From: Lingula anatina
Lineage: Eukaryota > Animalia > Brachiopoda
Reading direction: 5' to 3'
DNA length: 64,000 nt
Assembly (NCBI GenBank): GCA_051362555.1
Contig: CM120641.1
Location: forward strand, 40,802,401 to 40,866,400
Within the stretch, counting starts at the first letter, position 1. Every line of letters starts with the position of its first letter. A model generated the notes under the pieces. It was not told where the DNA came from and made no database searches. It saw nothing but the letters and a program-made list of their open reading frames with translations. Position numbers and translations under genes: made by a program. Positions 1 through 12,300 of this stretch are shown here, piece after piece.

Positions 1-271
1 TCAATAGGAATGTCACTAGATTAAAAACATTCGTCTGTATTCTTTTTAGGTGCTTTGAAGATTGACAAAATAAGCTGTATGTGTATAAAACAATAAGAAA
101 TGTCACATTACTGTCTCATTAACCAACCATTCAAATGATTAAAGGTATGATCAATAGGGTTAACACATAAAGACCTAGCAAATTCAGATGTGGAAAAGAA
201 AATGGCAATAATGAATAAACACAGGAAGAAAAACCAGCTAACTGACACCAAGCATCAAGCCAGTAACTCAC

Positions 272-2644
272 TTCACATAGTACACCCCATGTTCCTGTGA
301 TTCTATTCTCTCCCAGTCAGTTGGCAAGCTTTCTTTCTCCAGGGGATGACTCCAGTGGGTGGTCTGTGTGTTGTGGTCTATATAGTACTTTCTCCCTCTC
401 ATGGTCCAGTCTACAGACCAACCCTGGGGTAAAGCAGGCTCACTACCTGCCTGGAGCACACTGTGATTACCTTACATATGAAGAATAACAGTATTTTAGA
501 GCATGTGTACTTAACTATTGATATTTTTAACCCCTTCTTCAAATGTAGAATCAATGGTGAGACAAGGTAGTATACATATCAAGTACCATCCCTGGAACTG
601 AATTAGTGACAGTGGTCAAGAAATATATCTGAACAAACTGCACAACTATACGTAACCATACTTATACTTTGAGTTCAACCATAAGGAATTTCTTACTTTA
701 TCCATTTCATCATGAACTTATGAAATATACTTCAACAGTGAACCATGAATAAATAAAACACTTTCTTGAAAAACATCAGTGACCAAGCATCTCAGTTTTC
801 ATCCTTTTACTCAAGGATTATTATGGGGTTAATTGAACTAGGCATTCTTTTTTTTTCTCTAATAAAATTTGGACAAATGGTTCTGAATATGACCAAAATA
901 CTAACTTGAAGCAGCCACTGAGGCAGCAGCAGCATTTGCACTGCTGACACTTGGCCGGCTGTCTTGTCTAAAGTTGGTCAAATTTGTTTGCACTGGTCCC
1001 ATATGCTTTTGCTCACTCTGTTGCATGTACTGGTTCCTAATTTGCCTGTGATATTGTTGGATCTGATAGTTCTCATCAAACATTTGCTGATACTGATCAT
1101 TACTTTGTAAGCTGATTAGTTCTGGTGCAGAGGGATGCTGGTAATGCTGTTTTATATCTGAATGGTCTGTAATAGCATAAAAATTATTAATGCACTCTTG
1201 TTGTTGCTGCCTAAATTGGCAATTGGAAAATTTCTCCAGCATTTGCTACTGCAACTGCTACTACTACTACTACCTTTTTAGTTTTTTAAAATTATTATTA
1301 TTGTTTCTTCAATTTTCATTTTCATGTACTGAAGTTCAAATTGACCTGTACAATGCATACATATAATAGCCAAAGCCCTTAAGTTTGTAATTACCTATAT
1401 CATCTTTATGTTGCACAATTCCAGGGGCATGCGATCCTAATTGCTGCTCCACAGCACTATTATACCCTTGAGATCTGGAGGGAGCACCTGTCACATCGTG
1501 GGATCCAAAACTGTGTGCCCTATTCAAAGAGGGCTGTCCATCCTTAGCACCAAAACTAGGAGTCCTTGCAATATTAGCTATGTTAGGCTGACTTGAAGCC
1601 AGTACATTCTGCCCTTGTGTCTGAACACTTGAAATCTGCAAGTTCTGGAATGAATGGCTTATGCCCTGTTCTCCTGTAGATGTAGTCCTTGGGAGCGCTG
1701 AAGGCACATAATGGTGCCGTGCTTGGTGATATGCTGCAACAGCATGTGGAGAATAAACATGGCTGGAAGTTGGAGGTGGCCTAACTGGAGGGGGAGCAGT
1801 CACTATGTGTGGTTGTGGGATATATGAAGATTGTGATTGCTTGCTTCTTTTCTGGAAACTGGTCCCTTGCCTCACTGGTGTGTGATAGTCTGCACAAAAT
1901 CAATGGCAAATAACTGATTAATTATTACATTTCAAACAGATGAGAAATAAATTCAACATCAATTATTCTTATTTGCAGGTGAAAATGAAAGCATTTCCTT
2001 ACATCCTTGATCCTAGTACTTTAACATGTGTATATTTTGTTGTTTAAAATGTACATGTAGTTATCTAAATGGCCCTTGATAAAGTTATCCCAAAATTTAT
2101 TGACTTTTACAGTAATTATCAAAGAACTGACAGTTGGTGCCAAACAAAGCTAAATTGCACTTGTGAAAAAATGTTGTATGTAATGGTAAAGATCTGTGCA
2201 AATAAAGACGCTTTCCATTGAGAAACGTTCTTTTTTTTACATAGCACAGTAGTCATTTGCCACAATAAAAGTTCTGTTTTACTTAAATATCTTTGCATAG
2301 TTTAAAAATTTGTGCAGTGTCAGTGTTACTACAGTATTACATGTATTAATGCCTATAAAATGTATTTAACTACACGTAATGGTACCTGTAAATGTATGGT
2401 TATTTTATCATACACAGTCCAAAGATTTCCTTGTGATGCTTACTTTTAGAAATACAATATTGGATAACTATCATGTGAGTAAAATCATATATACAATATC
2501 AGCAATTTCAAGTACAATGTTAAAAAGTTCTAACAATCTAAACTTATCAAATAACTTACTTCTCAATATTGGAGGTGTGTCTCTCTTCACATATTTTCCA
2601 ACCACGCCCTCGTTTACATTTTTGGCAGACTTCTTGGAAAGCAT
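272..2644 (-). CDS. SAV1: Protein salvador homolog (Hippo pathway WW scaffold), 3'-incomplete
   Basis: Coding exons 2644-2560, 1889-1395, 1166-906 and (470 or 446)-272, with GT-AG introns in consistent phase. The N-terminus MLSKK...[18 protein letters not shown] matches the Salvador N-terminus. Tandem WW domains: [30 protein letters not shown] and [14 protein letters not shown]. The rest of WW2 and the SARAH domain lie outside the window. Confidence 0.93.
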
Positions 2645-2926
2645 TTCAACTAATAATGTAGAAGAGGAGACAAACATTAACCTGTGGGGTAGCAGGAGTC
2701 ACAGGCTCTCTACTTTAGGGAACTGTAAGTGCAGTTGTGCAGTGTCACAAGCAAATCTCAAATTTCACTGTTATCCTGTCAAAACCATGGTTTTAAACGA
2801 ATTCAAACCTCACTTTACTTAAGAATATACGCCCTTATCAGAAAGTGCAATGCAGCCTTACAAAGCACAGCTAATCAGACAATGATTCATGAAAAGAAAT
2901 ATAAACAAACCCACAGAAAGACGTAC

Positions 2927-3196
2927 CGAGTGTGCTTGAGTGCTACGTCATCATTTTCTGCGCACACATTGTTCAGTGACGTAAGGCCGTCGATACCCAT
3001 GTTTATCATAGCAACTAGCATCTGAGTTACGAGTGAGATGTGAATTTAAAAGTTGCTCGTATTTTTCCATTATTCGACGTGTTTGATTTGTTTTTAACGA
3101 TCTTTACCGCACATTGGTGACAGAGAGGTTCGAGGAAATCTACCAGATAAGAGAAATTTAAATAATATCTGTGATAAATCGGAGGATTCATTCAAA
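2927..3196. promoter_or_regulatory. Putative bidirectional promoter of SAV1 and RSPH4/6
   Basis: Locally CpG-rich interval between a probable SAV1 5' UTR splice donor (~2926, - strand) and the RSPH ATG at 3197. Contains CRE-like CTACGTCA (2943-2950) and TGACGTAA (2977-2984), and X-box-like GTTTATCATAGCAAC (3001-3015). Confidence 0.6.
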
Positions 3197-5978
3197 ATGA
3201 CGGAGTCCGTCCCAGCAAACCCTGAGCTAAACTTGAATCCAAAAGAGCAAGAATTTATCAACGCTAAATCCTATCTTCTGACATGTAGTACAAGCACAGG
3301 GTATAACTTGTAAGTATAAAGCAAGGTTTTTGCTTGGTATATTGAATTTAGTTTCGTGATAAGTGGGATCAGACTTATTAATGTACGCAAAAATGTATTC
3401 TAGTTACTGGGGTACATTTGTTGACAGCCATTGCTTGATAGGAATTAGAAAATACTGATCACAATTAGTAATGCACAACCGAGAGTACGTATGAAGGTAC
3501 TAAATTTCTTTTATTTTAAAAAATTGGAATAATCTTTTACATAAAATCCAGCATTTAAGTGGTTTGTCTCTTCATGAAAAATCTACAATGTAATTGCATA
3601 ATTTGGATATTATATCTCATACTAAATCTGTATATTTTGATTGTTTTTAGATATGACCATATCAGCAGTGTACTCACAAAAGTTTTAGATCAAAGACCAG
3701 ATAATGTTGTAGACATCTTTGAAGACATCAGCAAAGAAACCAAGAGGTCAAAATTTACATCAGATGTGGACACAGTGCAAGATAAAATAGACCAATCCAC
3801 TGAAGTAACTTTAGCTAAAGTGCAAGAAAAGCTCTTTAAGGTAAGACATCAATTATTTTGATTAAACTTTCATAGTGAAATGATTTTAAATTTTATATTT
3901 ATTTGTTATTTTGTTGCTTAAAGATCTTTAAAAGTTATCTGATTAATTTGTGCTTTTTTGATGATGCTTTTTGACTTAGTTTTTGATTTTTTTCCCCATC
4001 TTGCAGAAACAGGGTGGTGAAGATGAAGAAGGCCAACAAGAAGAGGAAAATGACACACCTCTTCCTAATTTGATGGAACTTGCATTTTACTTTGAACAAG
4101 GTGGAATAGGATTAGGCAGGGAAGAAACATATAGAATATGGCTTGCATTAAAAGACTTAGTAGATCACCATCCTTTGCAACATGCAAGATTCTGGGGGAA
4201 AATATATGGAACAGAACAAAATTATATTGTCGCTGAAGTTGAATACAGAGAAGGTGGAGAGGAAGAGGAGGAAGAGCAGGAGGAAGAAGAAGCACAAGAA
4301 GAAGATGCAAATGAGAAGGAAGAAGGCGAAGGAGAGGAAGAAGGTAATTCACTTTACATTTTTACATACACACAACGCACACATACACACCTACAAAATA
4401 AATCTATGACAACCAGTTTATTTCATCTAACATAAGATATTGTAAAAAAAGTAATCAAATGTTTTTTTGGTCATATATATATGTTTTAACTTTTAAATCT
4501 TATATAATGTAGAAAAGCAAAAGGGAAAAAACATGTTTCCCCCTGTTGTCATCAACCCGCCAGAAAACCATGGAGAGCCTACGGTTGCAGGTCAGCTTGG
4601 TATCCAGCCTGCTGTTTGAGTGGCACGAATAATTTGCCCTTCCTTCATCAAAAACATTTTTATTTCAGTGTGTAAACTTTGGATGCATGCTTTGCATGTT
4701 ATTTTATTTTGCAGCATGTTGTGAAGATGAGCAAATTATTTCTGTTGTTTACATTGGAAATGAAGAAATGATTTTGTTTTAATGAAGACAAATACAGTTT
4801 TTTAGCTGCAGTTTGATTGTGTACATTGTTTTTCTTTCTTTTCTGTTTTAGTTCTCTTTTTTTAGACAAATGCTCTCTGTTAGGAAAACTGACAAATTGT
4901 CATGTATATTCTTGAGACAAGATTTGGAAATGGGCCCGGGCCACCTGACTTACTTTGATATTGCTTTTCTCTATGTTACACAAGGTCACCTCTGCTTTGA
5001 AAGATGTTTGAAGATATTTTAAAGACTGATTAAATTATCAATTTTGCCATCAATTAAAACCCAAAATGTCTATTTCACACATTGTAGGTGAAGGAGCAGA
5101 AGATGATATTCCAAAGCCAGATTGGAAACCACCCCCAGTTGTCCCAAAGGAAGCCAATAGATCTGGAACAAACAAGAAGACATACTTTGTTTGCAATGAA
5201 CGTAAGTACTTACTGATTTACCACACAAATATTTATGCTTCTATGTTACTTTTTCACATTTAATAGCACTATAGCAATTAAGTTCTGTAATGATTTTTCT
5301 AGTTGATGCTAATTATCTGATTATTTTGGATTCAGCTGGGAAGTCATGGAGCAAACTTCCACCAATTACACCAGCACAGGTTTCATGTGCCAGAAAAATA
5401 AAGAAATTCCTCACTGGACGCCTGGATGCACCTGTAAGTTGAATGCTTTAGTTAAAAGAGGATGATTGAAGTTACAAATTTGATTTTTTTTTTTTTTTTT
5501 GTTGCTGAAAATCTGTTGAAAGGAGATAGTGTTAATGAAAATACTTAAGCCAAAAAATACTTTACATTGTTGTTTTACTATTGCGTATGAACGTTTAGAT
5601 ACCAAACAGTCTACAATTTGATTTTATTATTTTTGCAGAGTGGTCTTTTGTATTCTGTAAGTTTTAGAAATATCTATTTACAATATAATTGTGTTGCAGG
5701 TGGTGAGCTATCCTCCATTCCCAGGAAATGAAGCTAATTACTTGAGAGCCCAGATTTCTCGCATCAGTGCTGGCACACACATTTCACCCCTTGGATTTTA
5801 TCAGTTTGATGAGGAAGAAGAGGAGGAAGAGGAAGAAGGAGCAGGTAAACCATTGCTTTGTGATATGTATAAATGTGAAAAATATTTTACATGAGCTTTT
5901 AGGCTTCAACAATTTTATATGATGGATCAAATTTGAGAAAATGCTGTGCATCAGTCCAGGTCATTATCTTGGAATGTT

Positions 5979-6009
<31 letters not shown>

Positions 6010-7023
6010 AATTTTTGAACATTTGCCTGGCATTTTTCTTTACAGCACGTGAAAATTTTGTTGAAAACGTGGAGTATGAGGGGATCCCAGTAAGAGAATT
6101 GGCAGATCCTGGTCTCCAGAACTGGGTCCATCATGTCATGCACATTTTGCCACAGGTGAGCTTTTTTAACTTTCGATGACCCATTTTATCTTCACATGTT
6201 CATTTACAGAATTTTTTGATAAAGCAAGACATTAACAAATTTAAATAAAAAACAATATTCAAAAAATAATTATGATAATCAAATATAATATATCATCCTA
6301 CAGGGACGTTGCGTATGGTTCAACACTGTGCAAAAGCAGGAGGATGACTTTGAGGATGAAGAAGAAGAAGAAGAGCGAGAGGAACCAGATGAACCTGAGC
6401 CTGAAGTAGGTCCTCCCCTTCTTACCCCTCTGTCTGAGGATGTGGAGGTTGAAGGCATGCCCCCATGGACCCCCAAGCTGTCCAGCAATCTTGTCCCACA
6501 ATATGCCATCTCACTGATGAGGTCAAACTTGTGGCCTGGAGCTTTTGCTTTTGCTGTGAACAAGTAAGTAGTTCACAATCGTTACTTAACTGTGTTCATT
6601 ATTTTCTGTTATATATTTACTGTTTATTGGAAGTCATATATGTGGAGTCATACAGTTATCATTATGAGAGACTTAATTGACATAACTTAATATTTTTATA
6701 TTTAAGTTACCCCTCCCCATTGTATGCATCCTATTTTCAAGTCCTTTAAAAACGCACACACATATCAATTAACTGGACATCTTATTTTTTACAGGAAATT
6801 TGAAAATGTTTACGTTGGCTGGGGCCACAAGTATGCAGCAGACAATTACAGTCCCCCACCCATCCCTGCCCCTATGGAGGAGTACTCAAGTGGTCCAGAG
6901 ATCACAGAGGGGGAAGATCCATCTCCACAGGAAGAGGAGGCCCTCCGCCAGGCTCAGATGGAGGCCCAGGAGGCAGCCGAGGAAATGGAAGAAGCAGAGG
7001 AAGAGGAAGAGGAGGATGATTAG
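3197..7023 (+). CDS. RSPH4A: Radial spoke head protein 4/6 homolog (RSPH4A/RSPH6A family), ~531 aa
   Basis: Exons 3197-3309, 3651-3840, 4007-4343, 5088-5201, 5336-5433, 5700-5844, 6046-6155, 6304-6563, 6795-7023 sum to 1596 nt in frame. Family motifs [71 protein letters not shown], plus Glu-rich tracts. Probably co-ortholog of RSPH4A and RSPH6A. Confidence 0.95.
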
Positions 7024-8848
7024 ACTGTTGGTTTCTAAGGAATTCATAAACATTTTCACAGAAGCAGTTCTAGTTGTATTTTACTTGTTTAACTGTTCAA
7101 GTGGCATTAAGACCACTACCGATTGGAATTCAGTTTCAGGCTTTCTACTAAAGGAAAAAACAGTACATTTGTTTGAAGACAAGTGAGAAAGATAAAAAAT
7201 TTTCTTTTTGGAAAAAAAAATCAAACTTTTAACGAAGAAAAGTGTGACTAAAAGTTCAATAAGATACTTACGTGTTACCCAAAGAAAAGCTGTCTTTAAT
7301 TATTGTATATCTGCAGAACTGATCTTCAGTGTTACTCTTGTAAATAATGTGTTGGTAATAATATTTTCTTTCTGTAATAGTGGAAATTGTGTTTCATTAA
7401 CATATGCAAAAAATACTCTGATCATGATGATTTTCGAAATAACATACAATAACATAACATACATAGTCACTCAGTACATTTAAAGTAAATAAAAAAAATA
7501 GTTTGGCATTTATGAGGTGAACTTTGCCAAAATACACAATAAAAACTTTAAAAAAACACAAAAATCATTCAATCATGCTGATATTCAGAAGGAATTTGCC
7601 TTACTAAAGTACAAAGCAACTCTAAACAACTTAAGTGAAACAAAACAAAAAAAAAAAAAAATGGTTTGACACTTATGGAGTGAACATTGTCAAATATCAT
7701 GCAAAGCAAATCAAAAACCGCTACAAGAATAATCCCAACATGCTGAAATTTTTTTTAATCAAACAAAGCTACCCAATTATAGGACTGGACAGTGATCATA
7801 ATACATACAGACACATACAGAGTGCGTGCGTGCATGTGTGTGTGCGTGTGTGTCAATGATGAAACAAGAATAAAGAAGTACTGGGCTGATTATTTATTAA
7901 AATTCAATTAAAACTACATAAATGCATTGTATATACAATTCATATAGCTATCTCTTAATGTAACAAGTCACAAAATTTACTTCTACAGCCTACTATGGTG
8001 TGCTGTTTATAACTTTGCCCATAATACAAAATTAAAATATTTAAATGCTGTAAGATTTTTTTTACTCCTCAACCAATCTGGCAAATGAACGCGCCGTCAC
8101 TTTTACATTAAACATCAAAGCAAACATTTGGGCCGGCATAAAGCAATATCAGAAGTTTGTTAAAATACTTCCTTGCTGTAACAGAATTGCAATTTTTGGA
8201 ATTCTTCATAGTGCAGTAAATTATTTGATGTGCTGAACAAGGGTACATACTGCCTGCAATTTCAGCCTTATTACATGGGTCCATGTGACAAATTACAAAG
8301 ATGTACTTTTTCTTCCTTTTCCATAATGGAATTACATTTTTAATCATATTCCATACATATATGTCTACCTAAGCCTAAAGTGCATGGGTTGGACATATTA
8401 ATTTTACAGCACCAATATCACAAAAATATCACTAAAATATATACAGGTCAGAATGAAATGAGGTATACTGTGCTGAATAAAGAAATACTATGCATCATTC
8501 TTATAAAGAAATGGATCATCTTCAGTTGTCAAATAAATGATGCTAGCTTTCAAATCCTATTGCACACTTCTCTCTGTTTTGGCACATGGAGAATAACTTG
8601 TGACAAATTATTATGCCATCAATATTTAATTAAATGCTGCCTTAATCTATAAAAATAAACTAGTATGACAAGCTGCTTACAAACACCAAGTCATTCTATC
8701 TATAACTGTTTCTCTATAGGTTCTATAATACTCTAAAACATAATATATACAACAATAAATATAACCATAGGAATTTCAATTCAAGTCTGATTAAAACAGA
8801 ATGGTGTGTACAATGCAGGAATAAATTTGTGTCCATTTTGTACTACTG

Positions 8849-9371
8849 GGGCCTGTTTCATAAAAGAACTTCAGCCCAAAAATTGGTTATAGCTTTTAGA
8901 CAAAAATTTTAGTTTACTTTGATCCATGATGATTTAGTAGTAGTAGTGGTGGCGGTGGTAGTAGTAGTGGTAGAAGTAGTAAAACTGAATCAAAAATTGC
9001 ACCTTTTTTTGAAGAAGAAACACAGTTTCAGACTATATTGAAGTGATCTAATATGGATTTGTCTTGAATTGCAGTAAGCCAAAATTAAGGTCTAAGGGTG
9101 CTTTCCCAGAGATTTAGATCGATCCAGAGATTAAGATTTAGATCGGCCTAACTCCCTGGGGGTTCACGCTAAACTGCAGTCAGCCGAGCGGGCACCATAG
9201 TTAATTACCCCCTTACAGCTTTTAGCAGGCGGGACAGACGCTTAAGCCGGCCAAGCTGACAGTAATCTAGTGAGACTCCCCACAGGGATAGATCGATCTA
9301 AAAATCTATGGAAACGGGGTGTAAAAGACTAGGCTAATTTTCAGACTTAAATTTATTTGTGAAACTGGCCT
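8849..9371. mobile_element. Non-autonomous DNA transposon (MITE, PIF/Harbinger-like) with a nested foldback element at ~9096-9320
   Basis: Left TIR GGGCCTGTTTCATAAA versus reverse-complemented right TIR AGGCCAGTTTCACAAA, with CTG on both flanks (8846-8848, 9372-9374). The inner segment has its own imperfect inverted ends (TTTCCCAGAGATTTAGATCGATC / GATCGATCTAAAAATCTATGGAAA). Confidence 0.6.
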
Positions 9372-9382
9372 CTGCTAATACC

Positions 9383-12300
9383 TCACTGATGCTTTACAAA
9401 ATAAGCCTTCAGTTCCATTGGCTCTATATGGATGTCCTGCTGATAACTTAGCTCAGACTTAGAATGCATGTATGATAGAGTCACTTCTCTAAACTCGACA
9501 GGCTTCCAAAATTTAAATATCTTTTTAAGAGAAATCTGTCCACTAGAAGTTGTACAACTTAGCCCATCTTCTGGGTATCTGCATTCGAACCCTTTTCTTT
9601 TAAGTAAGACAGCAGTGCCATTGAAATTCCGATCAACAGTGACCAAGCTACGTAGGTTCACAAGAGAAATATCACATGGAAATGACTTGGAGAGAGGAAC
9701 AAACTGATGAACTGCTATGTTAGCTGCCTCATTATTATTGACTACAAACATATACAACCTGTTATTCAGGACCTCTGAAATGGAATGACTAATCAAAGAT
9801 GGATATGACAAGCTATTCTGTTGACTGTGCTTGGAAATATCTCCAGCAGTTTCTAAAAGGAGAAAGAACCTACTTTGAGTAGGTTTATTATCATTTAAGC
9901 CTTCGCCCATACCCCTGGCGTCATCATAGTGAAGTTTCCTGTCCAGCATGACTTCCAGGCGGCCAGCATATTGACTAGCAGCAACCCCTTGAGACTGCCC
10001 TGAGAGGAGCGAGAGTCTATACTGGTCATCCTCAATATAAGCAATGCTAGTCATTGGGTAATAGTTAGCGCCTGCAGGTAACTTCTGGAAGAACTTTCGC
10101 TGAATCATCTGGAATCCATTCAAATCTGAATACACATTTTTTTCATTATTCTGGATTTCAGTAGAAAGTCGCATAATGATTTCTCTATCATCTAAGCGTT
10201 TGATATCTACTTTGTTCACTATTTCTAAACCTCTGCTGGCTAAAATTTGGTCATGGTATACTCTAACAACATGTATTACTACATCATGCACAACATGTAT
10301 TTCAGAAACAATGGGTCCTCTAATGACCCGAACTGGCACTGTCCCTTTAAACAATGGCTCGGCATTTTTCCAAGCTGGAAGAAATATATATGCACCACTT
10401 CCTTGTGATGTATATGCTAAAAATCCTACATCTATCACAAATTCTGTAGCAACCGCATTCAGCGTGATACCTTGAAGCATTCCAGTTGCTTCTTTAAAGT
10501 TTGCACAAAAGTGGTCATTTTCAAAAGTAATATTCTTACTAACATCTCTATCCATATACTCTACATCAAAAACCCCATCCTCATTAGATTTCCTGTTATT
10601 TCTCTCTTTGAAATTATAAAGTTTCACAACTGCATTGGTCAAATACTTCCCCTCTGCTTCCTGACTAGCTACTGTATATATTTCCATGCCTAAGGGCTGG
10701 ATGTCCACAACAAACACTAATTCAAATCTGTCATTGCTGTAGACGGACAGATTAATCCAATGTGGGTTAATCTGGCTGGGAATTGTTACTCCCTTTGAAT
10801 TTTTCACTATGACATGTCTTTGGTTAACAACAAGTCTTAAAACTTCTTGTCGTCTTTGTGGGAGAGAATTGTAGACAACTACTTGAGATTTACTTTCGGA
10901 AACTGGCAATATGGATAGTTTATCCAGTGGGTTGGGAATAGTTGTTTCTAAATGCAATTCTGATGTGAAATCCCTAAACTCTGCAAAACTCAGAGGCAGT
11001 TTGCTGTGAATTCCAACATCCCCTTGGCTCAAAAGGAATAAAGCGGAGTTCAACATGGCGACTTCTGTGTCAGACAAAGCCTGTGACAACCTGAATTCAT
11101 AATCCACCACAACAGCTGCTCTTTCTGTCCCCGTGATAGCATCATGGTGTTGAAAGAGGCCCAGCAACTGACGAGCATTGACGAGATATCTGAGATTGTC
11201 ATTTAGCGTATCAAACTGCACAGTATTCTGTGCTGCGTACATTACTGCTAGGGTGTTCAAAATTTCAGCAGCCCTCAAAGACGATTCCAGTTTTCTTGAT
11301 AAAACTTTGTCATAGGGTCTGCTCGTAAAGTAACCAGTCCAGTATTCATTATTTCTGTCAGTGTAGCTATAGAAGTCACCAGAGAAGGAAGGAAAAGTTT
11401 CTGGTATCTGAATTTCTGAGTTCTTTGAATTCCTCAAGGCTTCAAAGTAATCATTAAGGGTTCCAAATTGCATCTTGACATTCCAGTTTTCTTTTGAATT
11501 CACAAAATCAATCAATTTTTTATAATTTTGATATTGCTGGTCCCATTCCACAAGATGGTTGTATCTGAAATCATCCCCTATTGGCACAAAGATGACATTA
11601 TGGCGATAATGTTGGGATTTCATTCTGTACTGGCTAACTGCAAGTTTCGCTTTCTCTTCTATGGTTTCATCCGTCAGAGGATTAACCTTGACTTCGCTGA
11701 ATTCTCCAGGTATGTTCCTGAAGTCAAATATGAGGCAAGTGTACACATTTGGTCCACAAGAATGTTTGATGCTGTAGAGCTGATAAGGAAAAACATGAGT
11801 GAAAATATCATGTTCCCCATTTGCATCCCACTGTTGTCTCCACTGAAACTCTAATCCTTGCTTATCTCTCAGGTAGGACTTCACATTGGCATTAATCCTC
11901 ATGATTGCCATGTTTTGAAAACCAGTATTTTTATGAATATAAGGCATGGTGGCTGAGTACCCAAACGGATCAATGGCCCAGGTATTGTTTGGCTTCACGC
12001 CAATGTTCTGTTCCAACCACTGATGTCCTTCTATCAGTTGGTCAACATAGGCAAAGTAGGTTGTTGTAGCTTCATCAGGCACCACCCAACCACCATTCAA
12101 AATTTCAAGACGCCCTTCTTTGATTAAATCTCTGACATCTTCTTTCATGCCTTCCCCAATTTCACTCCACCACATTGCAAGAAACACCGTTTCTGACCAA
12201 ACAAATCTGAATTCCGGATATTCTTTAAGCTTCACTACCATATAATTCAGAATTTTTCGGGTGTTGTGTGAAAAGTATCCTTCTATTGTGTCCAGCCATC

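Noticed and set aside
2379-2822. 147-aa + strand ORF
   Set aside because: Antisense to the first SAV1 coding exon and intron, non-ATG or weak start, and no recognisable domain.
9468-11854. + strand ORFs overlapping the mannosidase
   Set aside because: Shadow ORFs of the real - strand CDS.
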